Below are positions 12,346 to 24,338 of a stretch of DNA of 64,000 nt, piece by piece. Location: NCBI GenBank assembly GCA_030390025.1, contig CM059431.1:121212001-121276000 (forward strand), written 5' to 3'. Position 1 is the first letter of the stretch. Every line of letters starts with the position of its first letter. Source of the DNA: Squalus acanthias (taxonomy: Eukaryota). The notes beneath the pieces are model-generated. The model was not told where the DNA came from. It ran no database searches and saw nothing but the letters and a program-made list of their open reading frames with translations. Position numbers and translations under genes: made by a program.

Positions 12346-14113
12346 GGGCTGGATTTTCCAGGGGATCAGCGGGCGCAATCGGTTGCGGGTCAGGTGGGAA
12401 AGTGTTTTTTTCCCCCAGCGGGTCCAGACCCCCACTGTGACCCCGCCACCATGCGCCATTCCCCGATGTTGGGTCTGTCAGCGCTGAGCAGACCCGACAC
12501 GCAGCGGCGGGGGACCCAATTCAGGTAATTCTGACCTTGTTTAGAGATGATTAAGAACACATTTGAGCTCACCTTTTGATTTTACTTGCTCACCCATGGG
12601 GTCCTCGCTGCTCGGAGATCGCATCTGTTCAGCTGAGGCGGGAGTTCAGTCGCCATTGAATCAGCTGTTGAGTTGACAGCTTCAAATGTCAAGTAAAAGC
12701 TCCCACCTTACAGAGATATCTCCCTCAGCCACAAGCTCTTCCTCACTGCATTTCCACAACAGATTCACCATGCTGCAAGTCTTTAAACAAGTCTCCCTCC
12801 AGTCTGACCTCATTACCTCTCTCACCATTGACAGATCAATTCTGTCATCTCTACTTCAGCTGCCATCTATTCCATCAGCATGGTGCCCTCTATACTCTCT
12901 CACCTTGGTCCTCAGAATCTGACCATGATCAGCCCCAACACCAACAGCACCAGGCACACCAGCAGCACCAGGCACACCAGCAGCACCAACAACAACACCA
13001 ACCTTCTCCGCAATCAACTGATGCTGCACAGGACACAGGGCATCAGCACCCGAGCACATTGCTGTCCGGGATGCCAGGGATGGCCTCACCATGGCCAGAT
13101 TTACTTCACTTGATGCTGTACACCTTGGCTGTCACATGAATCATCAAGTTGACACCACCCCACACCAACCCCATAAAGCATCCCTACAATGCCCAAGCCA
13201 TTCCTTTCACACTCATCGCCATTCCGGGCTACCGTTATGTCTCACCATTCACTGCAACTCACTACGTCACTTCCAAAGCTGCACACAAATCTGGCCAAGA
13301 ATGCAAAGTGTTGAAAATAAAGGTTTCAATGTTTGACACCACATTAACAGAAAGTTTACATGAACATTGAATAAAACACCTAAGTGCCTACCCTTGTGTG
13401 TTGTTAGTTGGCATGATTGCACTAGGATGAGGATGCGTGTGAGGGGTGGCAAGTGAGATGGGGATGTGATAATGTAGATAGAGAGGGATGGGTGGAGGTG
13501 CAAGGTAAGTTGGTGTGAGTAAGGATGTGCAGGAGTAGGGTAGGGAAGGCAGAGTGATGGAGACATGATGAGTGGCACAGCAGGATGAGGTTGAGTATGA
13601 CTTTGTACTAAATTTTTGTGATCCAATGGGATCATTGAAATGTTTGCAGCACTGCAGCCAGGTCCTCCTTACCACATCCCTGCTTGTGCCCTCTTTTGCA
13701 ATGTGCAACCAGATGTGTTGATCTCCTGCGGAGGTCTCTTCCACGAATGAGAAGGGAAGAGACCCTCCCTGTGTGCTGTGACTCCCTCTATAAGCATATG
13801 GAGGTAGTCTTGGGAGAGCCTGGCTGCAGCCCTGCACCTCTGTGCAGTGCTTGTCAGTGTTTGCAGCACCTCAATACTGTAGAACATTGACAGCACAACT
13901 CTCAAACTAAACTTGGCCGTGGTCCCTTTAAGGAAACTGGATGATGATGCCTCATTAAATGATGTCACCAGACCTGCTTCCTCTAATTGGCCAGCAAACG
14001 TGCCCAATCCAGGGAAATTACTTTCGCACAGCGGGATGGAGCCAGCATCGGGGTCGGGACCCGCCACCGATTTCACCCACCCCGGACCCGCCGAGGTCAA
14101 CAAAATCGCTGCC
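12346..14113 (+). mobile_element. Non-autonomous Harbinger element, family A
   Basis: TIRs gggctggatttt / aaaatcgctgcc; TSD TTT; same internal structure as 3990-5765. Confidence 0.88.
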
Positions 14114-14731
14114 TTTTTGTTTAAGATGAATGTAACATAAGTCGGAAGGATGAGAAAAAAAAATGCAGAGTGTTCTCTTCTCAGTAATATTTTTTGTATC
14201 TATTCAGATCTCCTCACCAGGAGATATCAGTTAAATTGGTGAACATTGATAAGAGTGAGAAGCTTGATTAGCTGAATGGCATTTTCCTTTCATACATTTC
14301 ATGTGAAATAATTTTTAATGTTCACACGTGTAAAATAACAATCCAAGTATTACCAATCCTGCCAAATGAATAAAGGATTGGTAACAAGAAAATTTAAAAT
14401 GTAGAAATAGGAATATTGTTTCTTTAATTGGTTTTTGATCAATATTTCTTAGCTCCTGTTAACAATAATTCTGCATGAAAACTCTATAACCACTGCACAA
14501 GTGATTGATATTTTGTAGGTGGATATGTTCTGCTGATGTCGGCACTAGTTCTCATCAGGGGACCTTAGCATGGAAAACAATTTGTAATTCTGTGCAAGCA
14601 GTGATGTTACCTGGGCAAATCCACACTTTGACAATCTCCACCTGGGTACTTTGAGTTTTTTTTAATGCAAGGCTACAATCAGCAGATGGGATGTTGGCGA
14701 AGAAGGAACACAGGTTAGCACCATTCAACCA

Positions 14732-15043
14732 TAGAAGTTTGCAACATAGAAGGAGGCCTTCAGCTCATGTGTCACTCCCAGGCTCTTTGCAAAACCAATT
14801 GCAAAGCAGCCCCATAGCCCCACTCTTCCCCACAGCACCCCTCTTCCCCATAGACTTATATCTATGCTTCAAATATTTATCCAATTTTATTTAAAAATAT
14901 GCAACGGCCTCTGCCTCACCCCCTCCCTATGGCAGAACATTCCAAGTTCCAACAACCTTCTGTGTAAAGAAATGTATCTTATTTTTATATCCTTACTCTC
15001 TTAGTGATATTTTCAACTTGGTGACTACGCAGCACTAACTCTC
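14732..15043 (-). mobile_element. Old 5'-truncated CR1 fragment
   Basis: atagaag...gaaggaggccttcagctcatg 3' UTR pattern; possible TSD CAACCA. Confidence 0.55.
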
Positions 15044-15691
15044 CAACCAAGTTGTACATTACTTTAGAGTTAAGTTGCTTTCATCTTTAACAATAAGGCT
15101 TCCAAGGGGAAATAGCTAAAAGGAAAAAAAAACACAAAAAAAATTGAGCTTGTTTCTTTTTACATTGCTATTTATTACCCTTGCCAGCAAATTAAGGTTT
15201 AATTGTCTCACACACAGGCCCCATAGATCAAATACCAGTTCTTGTGTAGCTAGTTTACCAGGTGGAAACTTACTGTATAGCTGCAGGGTATAACACAAAA
15301 ATGGCTTTATAGTTTCAGGAACTCTACTGTTTCAACTTCAATATAGTTCCTGCAGAGTAAAAGTACCACTTATTATTGTCCAGGGTCTTTTTTAATAGAA
15401 TGAACTTCACAGGGTTCAGTATAATCCAAACCAAAAGTGGCAAAACCATTAATATTTATTGAAATTGCCAAAAAACATCTGGAAACAATAAAGTGACTTT
15501 AAGGTTTTGTGAAATAGGGAGCTAATTTGAAATAACTTCTGGTGCTGTGATACCAGGCTACATTTGTACCTGTTATTGAGACTACTATTTAAATTCATCA
15601 AGGCGTAAACCTTAAATGAATCTGCATGTGGTGAGTTCTCTGAACAAAGCTGCTAGAAAGCATTTTCAACAATTTACATTATGAAACTTTG

Positions 15692-17118
15692 GGGGAAAAA
15701 TTTGGTAGTTTAGCCACGCGCCGGCGCTACTGCATCAGCCTCGAATTAGCGTCGGTATCACCGGGGACTTCAATGCCAGGCAAATCATGACATCAGTGAG
15801 CATGCAATGTGAGCTGGGTGCCCAAGCTGGAAAATTCATTCTCGTCACTTACCTTTGCGCCTTACCAGTCAGAGACAGGGAGAGCAGATGCACAGCTGCA
15901 GGAAGCCAGCTCCAGGGACATTATTTAAAGGCATCAGCATTAATCACTCACAGCTGTCAGGGCAGGTTATTTTCAGTGGTTTCTTGTCAGTTTCACCCAG
16001 TGGATCAGTTTCTATGAGCAATTTCAAGCCTCTTTTTTTATCAGCAGTCTTCTGGCAAGTGCAAAGTGGCTACATTTATTGTTCAAAGATTCAAACTGCT
16101 ACACTTGGCAACATTAATGGAGGCTGTAGTGGCATGTCACCTCACCCTCCAGGATCTATGGCGGAGGGAGCGTAGACAGCCAGAAATACGGGAACATGTG
16201 CGCAGAGGGATGAGGAGGGACATCAGGGCTCTCACCGGGAGGCCTTACCCTCCGAGGGTATTCCGACAGCACCTCTTCTACCTCCAATTAAGTGAGGAGC
16301 AGTGTATTAGATGGCTCCACATCACCAAGGTGGTGGTCACAGAACTCTGCCACCTCCTCCAAACAGACCTCCAGCCTTACACCAGGATGACTTAAACCCC
16401 AGCTCCCTTTTGCTCACCACATGCCCATCATACCATCCCTGTGTCATGCCATATCACAGCATCCTCCTGCCTGCAAAGGTGAAATGAGAGAGACCTCAAA
16501 ATATTGCAAACTCCATTAATATATTTATGCATAAACATATCACACATATCACATTAATTCTAATAACTAATGACCCTTGTGCCTGCCATAGTTGAATAGC
16601 TGTCATTGTGTGCAAGGCATGAGATATGGGTGTGAGTGTTGGTAGGTAGAGATTGTTGGTGGGTGAGTGCTGGTGGTCTGGTGCTTGTGGTACAGATGGT
16701 GGTATGTAGCATTTGTTGAAGCCTTCAGTCACCCTGACCACCCGACTGAGGTGGATCTGCCATGAACCTGCTTCAGTCCTCTGGCTCCTTCTCCTTGTTG
16801 TGCTTCTCCTTGCTGAGGCAGCTGCACAGCCAGCAATGCTGAGAATGAGGTGCTGCAGTATCAATGAACTTCCCCTTTAAGTACTGGGAAAAGCCTGTGA
16901 CAATGATGAGTTGAGATTAGACTGCACCCGATATTGGTCCACCCTTTGAGTGTAACACCAATGAGCTCAGCCTTTAAGACTTGATTTAGCGTCCCAATCA
17001 TTTCTTTGAGCAATGAAAATGAATTTTGCGTGCAGTCTAAGGCATTAGCGCCTGGCGCTAATTCTCAAAATTTTCTAAAGATACCGCCCATTCCTGGGCT
17101 ATAATGAAATTCTAGCCC
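15692..17118 (+). mobile_element. Non-autonomous Harbinger element, family B
   Basis: TIRs ggggaaaaattt / aaattctagccc; HARBI1-like transposase N-terminus RPYPPRVFRQHLFYLQLSEEQCIRWLHITKVVVTELCHLLQ (~16240-16390); right arm homologous to 36706-37450. Confidence 0.8.
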
Positions 17119-17553
17119 TGAGTTTTATTAAACTTTGTTGTAATAAAAAATGCACTATATCTGGAAAATATCAAACTACATTATGATGCAATATCAGCAC
17201 ATTGTTAAATAGAGCAAATATCATTGGAACAACTTAGCAGCAGTGTTCTAAATATATTAACCAAGGTTATTACACATATATAAATAATTATATGGATTAA
17301 AGTAAATGGAATTGGAGGATTAAATAGTATCTTCCAGTATTTGTCTCTCATGTCAGATTTGCGTAGATATTTGTGGTTATTTTGCGATCCTGTGTCCTAA
17401 GGGAGGATGGATCGGGTATAGGCCTACAACACTGTTGCTCCAATTCTCCAGCCTGCGCTCTCTGCCAGCATGCCTGCCCACTGGGAGAGTGGAATTACCC
17501 CCTTAATACTATGTAATTGATTTAATTTCAGCCTACTGTTTATTACCTCTATT

Positions 17554-17725
17554 TAATTTCCACTTTGGGCATGAGTAGAAAGCTGGCAGTAGCGAGTCGG
17601 CCGCACGTTCTACAACCCGCCGGATTATCCTTTCCACAGACTTCAAGGGAAAGGGAACTCGGGCAGGGCGTATAACGAATGGTTGATTTACGGATGTTTT
17701 CTGCCCTCGCCCAAAGTGAAAATTA
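17554..17725. mobile_element. Small foldback/palindromic MITE
   Basis: TIR taatttccactttgggc / gcccaaagtgaaaatta; inner arms cccgcccgga / tcgggcaggg around the core tttccacagacttcaagggaaa. Confidence 0.65.
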
Positions 17726-19369
17726 GTGAGTGACGAGTCAACTGACAATCCTAGGTTTCTTTCAACTTTCCCCTCGGCAGTTTCTATTTACCACTGGAAT
17801 ATGTATGACTTTTGCTGTAACCTCCAATGCACTCTTAGTGGGTGAAGCTCCTTGCTGGGAGTGTAAAGTCAGACAATTGCCTCTATAATGTGAAAATATG
17901 CAGTGTGGAATTTTAATTGATATGGCACCTCCAGTGAGCTATGTATGCCAGTTTCATCCTTGGCTCAGTGGTAGCATTCTCCCCTCTGAGTTAGAAGGTT
18001 GTGGGTAAACCCCCACAGAGGCTCCAAGTGTATGTTTTTGGATTGAACAAGTTTTCCTGGCATTTTTGAGGTAAATAGAATTTAGTATATAACAATGCCC
18101 ATGCAAAGCAAAGCTCTCTTTACAATGTGCCTTTAATCGCCACCCGATCTTCACCAGTGTGAACCATTCCAATATTCACATAGAAGTTCTGCAATTTCCC
18201 CGTTTCCTGCATTTATTTTGTGTAAAATCAGGGAACAGTACTTTTTCTGTGCAGCAAATTGAAAATCGATCCCCCCAAATTTCCAATCGCTTTTTGTCCC
18301 TTCCCACAATCTGCTGACTGAGTCCACATCTCTCTAGTTATAATGCATAGTAACGGGGCCCAGCAGTGCTGCTGCCCTGGAGTTTCTGCTTTTACACTCA
18401 CAATGCATTAGGGTTAAGTTAGAGTGAGAAATATTCGGTGCAACTGCTGTTAGGACCAGCTGAGACTGGAAGTTTTGAGCCTGAATATTGCTGAAACTTC
18501 AAGTAATGATTACTGCGGCTGGGAACATTCTTTTGCATTCAGCCGACACAACCTTGGACTTGCTGTTGATTGCCTGTGGGACTGTAAGGCCACCAAGAGA
18601 TTTTGACCCCGTCCCCAACCACAGGTGCAGATATGGAACTCCTTATGGGCATACACGTTTAATCCATTATCATGGATGGAGAGGAGGAGGATTATTTCAG
18701 GCAACCACAGGGTATCTCTGTAATATTAGACATAGTGCAGAGTGTCCATGCACTCATCAAGCGACAAACACACTTTACAGGAGAGCTGAGAAATATATCA
18801 ATCTTGGCATTGCAGCAAGACAGAAGCAAGATAGAGCCATCGGATTCGATTTTGCCAGGCCAGAGGAGGCGGGATTGGAGGCGTGTGAGGTGTTAAAATC
18901 GCGAAAAATGGCGGGCGGGCCCGATCCCGCCTCCATCCCGCCTCCGAGCAATTTTCCCAAATGCGAGTTTTCTGACCCCGTCTCCATCCCGCTTCCAAGA
19001 GGCGGGATGGGCCCTTAAGGCCCTTAACAACCAGTTAAGTGCCTCTATAATCCCATTTTGAGAGGCCTTTCTGATTTTAACACTTTCCCACGTGGTTCAC
19101 GTCTCTTCTGAAACACGCCAGTGAAACCTGTTGGCAGCACAAGTGGAATGCTTACTAACAGCTGCAGCTCCACCATTAAAAAGGAATTTTCAGCAATCAT
19201 CATTTGCAGGTGGCAGAACTTTGTTGTCTCAGGTTTGGGGGAACTTTTAGCAGGCATACCCATTGTTGTGGAAGTTTGGAGCCTGACACCCATCTCCAGT
19301 GTGACCTCCTGGGAAACCCCTCTCGCCACTTTGAATGAGCGCTTCCTCAACTGAGGCATATACCAGAAG

Positions 19370-19610
19370 CATGGGAACCATTTATTTCCTTTCCTCCTGG
19401 ACATCAGATTCGGACGAAGACCAGCCGTGCCAGCAACAGATCTGTGAACAACAGCACCACCAACAGCAGCAGCAACAACAGGAGCGCCAAGCTGCTGCTC
19501 ACCCACCTGAAGCTGCACAGGCCAGAAGGTGCCAGCGCGCGACCACATTGCTGCCCGGGATGCAAGGGACGCACTCCTCTTGGCCATATTTGCTCAGCCT
19601 GCACAATCAA
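19370..19610 (+). pseudogene. Harbinger transposase remnant (N-terminus fused to C-terminus, DDE core absent)
   Basis: MGTIYFLSSWTSDSDED-polyQ joined at ~19540 to HIAARDARDALLLAIF, resembling the HARBI1-type C-terminal helix. Confidence 0.65.
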
Positions 19611-19855
19611 ACACTTTTGCCTCGCACCTTCTTATCAGACCATTGACAATGGCCAAGAACCTGCGGATTCCTATCATTCTGACCACCATACTGACAATTG
19701 CAAGCTATCCTAAGCCCTCAGTGTGGAAGTCCCATTAGCGATATGACACACGCCACAACTGCAACAGTTGACATCAGAATTTCTTATTTACAATAACCAA
19801 CTGATGGCTTTTCAACATTAAACATGACATTTCACCCAAGTGACTACCCTTGTGG

Positions 19856-21863
19856 CTACTTGTGCATTATCTTCCTCTTACGCGTGTTCCTACGTGGTGC
19901 TTCCCCTGTGGCTTCAGCAGATGTGGAGGCCCCTTGCTCACTTTCTTGCTGCTCCTGTCTCGACATCTTTGGCGGGCGTCCTCTGGGGTCGCGAGCCTGT
20001 GAGGGCTCGGCAACAGTCTGCTGCTCCTGCGGCTGTGCAGGGGTTGAGACGCCGATCTCAGTTGGGTGGGGACTCTGGTGGGGCTCTGACCGAGGACTTT
20101 GCAGTGGCATGGTCGTGTGAGCGCTTGGAGAGGAGCCCCCACTTCTTTGTTGTCTGCCACCAACATCCCTCTCATGGGTCAGCCCCACTTCAGAGCTAGC
20201 AAGTGGCTTGACAGCACCTTGCTGCACTTCAGGGGGGGCCATGAGGACTCGTTTCTGTACTGGAAGTCCTGCTCTCGAGGACTTGCATGAAGGTCTGGTT
20301 TGTTTGCTCAATAGCTAACCATCGCTCCTCAAGAGATGTCAGTCTATTCAGAACAATGACCATGTTTTGCATACCCTGGCGACTAAGCTCCTCGATGGAC
20401 GTAGCCATCCTCTCCTCTACCGTAGCCATCCTCTCCTCTATGGTAGCCAGCCTTACCATGAAGGTAGCCATCCTTTCCACAGAGGTTGCCATCCTTTCCA
20501 TGGTGATGCGTTCATGCGCCAACGCCTCCACAAAGGCTCTGCTCATGTTAGCGATGGACTCCTCCATTCGCTCCACACTCGCAGCGACCCTGGAGACAAA
20601 ACCTGCCAGAGACTCCTGCACCTCTTCCTGGAGTTCCAGCACCGCTCTTCTTCTGGATGGACCCGGAGGCAGAGGGTCGACATGCAGCTGAGCTGAGCTG
20701 GCAGAGTCCTGCGCCCTCCGACTAGGACTCTCCACTGCTGTCCCTGTCTCCACCATCTGCTGATGCTCACTTGTGAGCTGTGATACACCAGGTGACAACA
20801 CTACACATCTCGCGAAGGTACCACCGAGGTGTGAGTGTCTGCGCTGGTGCTGGGTGCGCTGAATTCTGCTGACGCTGCGCCCTCAGAGGTTGCAGCTTCC
20901 TCTGGGGTGTCTGGAGGCTCAGGCTGTTCCTCCTGGATAGTGGGGACGGGGGCTTTTGATGGTCCTGTGGGGGAGTAAAGGAAAGAGTCAGAGATGTGAG
21001 GCCAAGGTTACATGCACATTGAATATTGCAGATGATCATAAGTCAATCTGTTAGAGCATCAAAATCATTATCAGTGACTCATGCAATGTCAATGAGAGAG
21101 ATGAAAATCTATTCTGTCACCAGCTTGCTCTGATGCACCCGTCTGTCCGTCCCCCACTTGCGCATCGTCCTCCACTCCCACGATCTCCAGGGCTGCCTCC
21201 TCCCCGGGGGTGAGCTGGGCTACTGAGGGTGGCCCTTCTCCTGTCCTCGCTCTTTCCCTCTTATTGTGAGCTCTCTTTTCCTGCAATGAGGGAGACAAGT
21301 GGAGTTTGAGTGAGAATGAAGGAGTGAGTGTAGAGAATCCATAGCATAGATGCCTAGAAGGAGACAAAGATTCAGTGAGATGGCAAGACCAAGGGCTCTC
21401 CCTGTGTGTTATAAGTTGTTTTCACAGCATCACAGCGATAGGGAGTGTGAGGGCTGCATAGTCGAATAGTTAAGTGAATGTGAACTTGCAGAGAGAGGGA
21501 ATGGGTAAGGGTGCAGGGATGTCAGTGTCAAGTGGGATGTGGAGGAAGAGGTTGTCAAAGCTGAGTGCTGGTGAGGAGAGGCAATGGGGATCAGATTGAG
21601 GGTGATGGGAAAGTCATACTTACTTTTCCAGTGCGCAGAAGGTCATGAAACCTCTTCCTGCACTGCAGCCAGGTTCTGCGGCACATAGATAAGGAGTTGA
21701 CCTCCTGGGCCACATGCATCCACACAGCCTTCGTCTGCTGGGGAGGCTTCTTCCTCCCTGAAGAAGGGAAGTGCACCTCCTTATTCCCTCTTGCTCCCTC
21801 CACCAGAGCTTGCAGGGCGGCGTCATCAAACCTCGGTGCAGACTTAGGTCTACTGCTGGACAT
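19856..21863 (-). pseudogene. Three-exon Myb/SANT-like (MSANTD-type) DNA-binding protein gene of Harbinger, frameshifted in exon 3
   Basis: Exon 1 21863-21624 (APRFDDAALQALVE...W..VAQEVN...RTWLQCRKRFHDL, GTAAGT donor); exon 2 21280-21121 (EKRAHNKRERARTGEGPP); exon 3 from 20964 with coiled coil; splice phases 0 and 1 are compatible; frameshifts near 20820 and ~20300. Confidence 0.85.
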
Positions 21864-22336
21864 TTTGCCTGGAAGAAACTATCAGAGCAAAGGCCAAAAG
21901 GTTTGCAGTCTGCAGGAGAAGCAAGGCTGCTTGCAGGCCATAAATCCAGCAGCATTGATGACTTCATCGGAGGCGAGTTTCAGAATGGAAAGACTAATTG
22001 GGCCAGGGGTCCCCACACGCTGGAAATCAATTGCCCAATTCGGGGAAAATCGCATATTTTTCCCACATCAAATTGGAGTCGGGTGGCTAACACGAAAAGC
22101 GGATGACACGCCCCCGGCCCGCCCCAATGACAAAATCGAGCCCATCCAGTTTTACAGTGTTGCTGGTTTTGCTAAGGACCAGAGTGCAGTAAATTGGCAC
22201 CTACATTGCTTTTTGAGCGTCTTGAGGCAATCCTTTCATCTTCCTCAACAGAAAGGGCTTCTACTTGCTGAATGTACAGATTATGTGTGACAACATGCAA
22301 AGAATCCTGCGTGTCAGTGCAAGATCTGCTGGTTAT

Positions 22337-24338
22337 AACAACAACAACAGCTTGTATTTATATAGTAGCGTGAACATAGTAAAATGTCCCAAGGCACTTC
22401 ACAAGAGCGTTATCAATTAAAATTTGACACCGAGCCACATAAGGAAATGTTAGGACAGATGAGGTAAGTTTTAAGAAGCGGCTTCAAGGAGGAAAGAGCG
22501 ATAGAGGGATGGAGAGGTTTATGGAGTTAAATTCCAGAACTTCGAGCTTTGGCAGCTGAAGGCACATATAACCAGCAAATTTTGACAGGCAGGATTCTTT
22601 GCATGTTGTCAATGGTGGAGTGATTAAAATCAGGGATATGCAAGAGGCCAGAATTGGAGGAGCCCAGATATCTCAGAGGGTTGTAGAGCTGTAGGAGGTT
22701 ACAGAGATAGGGAGGGGCGAGAACATGTAAGGGTTTGAAAACAAGGATGAGAATTTTAAAATCAAGGCGCTGCGTAACCGGGAGCCAATGTAGGTCAGCG
22801 AGCACAGGGGGGAGGGATCAACGGGACTTGGTGCGAGTCAAGACAGGAGCGGCAGAACTTTGGATTGGATGGGCTTAAGTGGGCAAAATTGGGTGGCGCC
22901 CATTTTGGGATGCTAACGTTGCCAGGAAGTTAGCGCCCCACCGCCGTAAATTCAGTAGTAGCACCCCAAGCAGGAGGTGGGGCGCGACTGGAAAGTGTTC
23001 CACCTCCTTCTTGGGACGCTACTACTGAATTTCCCGACGCTACGTGCAGCAGCGCCACGACATTGCAGGCCTCCTCCCCTGATTAAAGGGAAGGGGCCTC
23101 GCACTGCGCGTACCGGGGCCCTGCCGGACCACCGGGGAGCAGGGGTGCTGTGAAAACAGCCCGGCATAAAAAAGTGAAAGGGGGCAGGTGCTGGCAGTCG
23201 GTCAAAATAAAAATGGCCACCCGACACCTGCCCTTTAAGTAGCGCCGCCGCAGCTGCAAAACCGCCCCCTGACCCTGTCGGACATGTCGTCCAGCGATAG
23301 GTCAGGGGGCGCAAGGGAAGTTTGCTGCCAGGGTGCAAGCGGGGCGCTGTGCACGGTGATGACGTCATCACCGGCAGTACAGTGGCGCGGGGCGCTCGCC
23401 GCAGCTAACTTCCTGTTGAATTTTGAGGGAGGCTTCAGCAGCGCCGCGCCCGGGCACGAGGGGATTTGCGCCCCGTTATCGCGCAAACCAACCCAATTTT
23501 TCTTCCCAAGTTTATGGAGGGTGGAAGATGTTAGGCTGGCCAGGTGTGTGTTGGAATAGTTAAGTCTGGAAGTAACAAAGGAAAGAATGAGGGTTTCAGC
23601 AGTAGATGAGCTGAGGCGGGGCGGAGGCGGGCGATGTTATGGAGGTGGAGATAGGCGGTCTTAGTGAAGGCATGGATCTGTGGTTGGAAGCTGCTCTTGG
23701 GGTCAAATACGACACCAAGGTTGGGGACAGTCGGGTTCAGTCTCAGGCTGAAGAGAGGGATGGAGTCGGTGGATAGGGAACGGAGTTTGTGGCGGGGACT
23801 GAAGACAATGGCTTTGGTCTTCCCAATATTTAGTCGGAGGAAATTTCTGCACATCCAGTATTGGATGTCGGACAAACAGTCTGACAATTTAGAGACTATG
23901 GAGGGGTCAAGCGAGATGGTGGTGAGGTAGAGCTGGGTGTCGTCAGCGTACATGTGGAAACTGACATTTTATTTTTTGTTGATATTGCTGAGGGGCAGCA
24001 TGTAGATGAGAAACAGGAGGGGGCCAAGGATAGATCTTTGGGGGACACCAGAGGTAGAGGTGCGGGAGCAGGAAGAGAAGCCGTTGCAGGTGATTTCTGT
24101 CTAGGAATGGATAGATAAGAATGGAACCTGGCGAGTGCAGTCCCTAGCTGGACAATGGAGGAGAGGCATTGGAGGAGGTCACAGTCACATAGGATGTCAT
24201 TTGTGACTTTGATAAAAGATGTTTCAGGACTGTGGCAGGGGCAGAAACCTGATTGGAGGGTTTCAAACATGGACTTCCAGGGAAGATGAGTACGGATTTG
24301 GGAGGCGATAGCACGTTCAATGACTTTGGAGAGGAAAG
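22337..24338 (-). mobile_element. L2 LINE, 3' part of the older copy
   Basis: MYADDTQLY, LNIGKT, LHWLPV.QR.DFKIL motifs; (AAC)n tail at 22337. Confidence 0.9.
22879..23506. mobile_element. GC-rich Harbinger-type MITE inserted in L2
   Basis: TIRs gtgggcaaaattgggt / acccaatttttcttcc; TSD TAA/CAA; L2 sequence resumes after it. Confidence 0.75.

Larger units (their letters stand above)
18842..22143 (+). mobile_element. PIF/Harbinger element with deleted transposase and near-complete Myb/SANT gene
   Basis: TIRs ggattcgatttt / aaaatcgagccc; TSD ATC on both sides; convergent gene arrangement. Confidence 0.9.

Noticed and set aside
18488..19018. 176-aa ORF
   Set aside because: It crosses the transposon boundary at 18842, uses a non-ATG start and has no recognisable domain.
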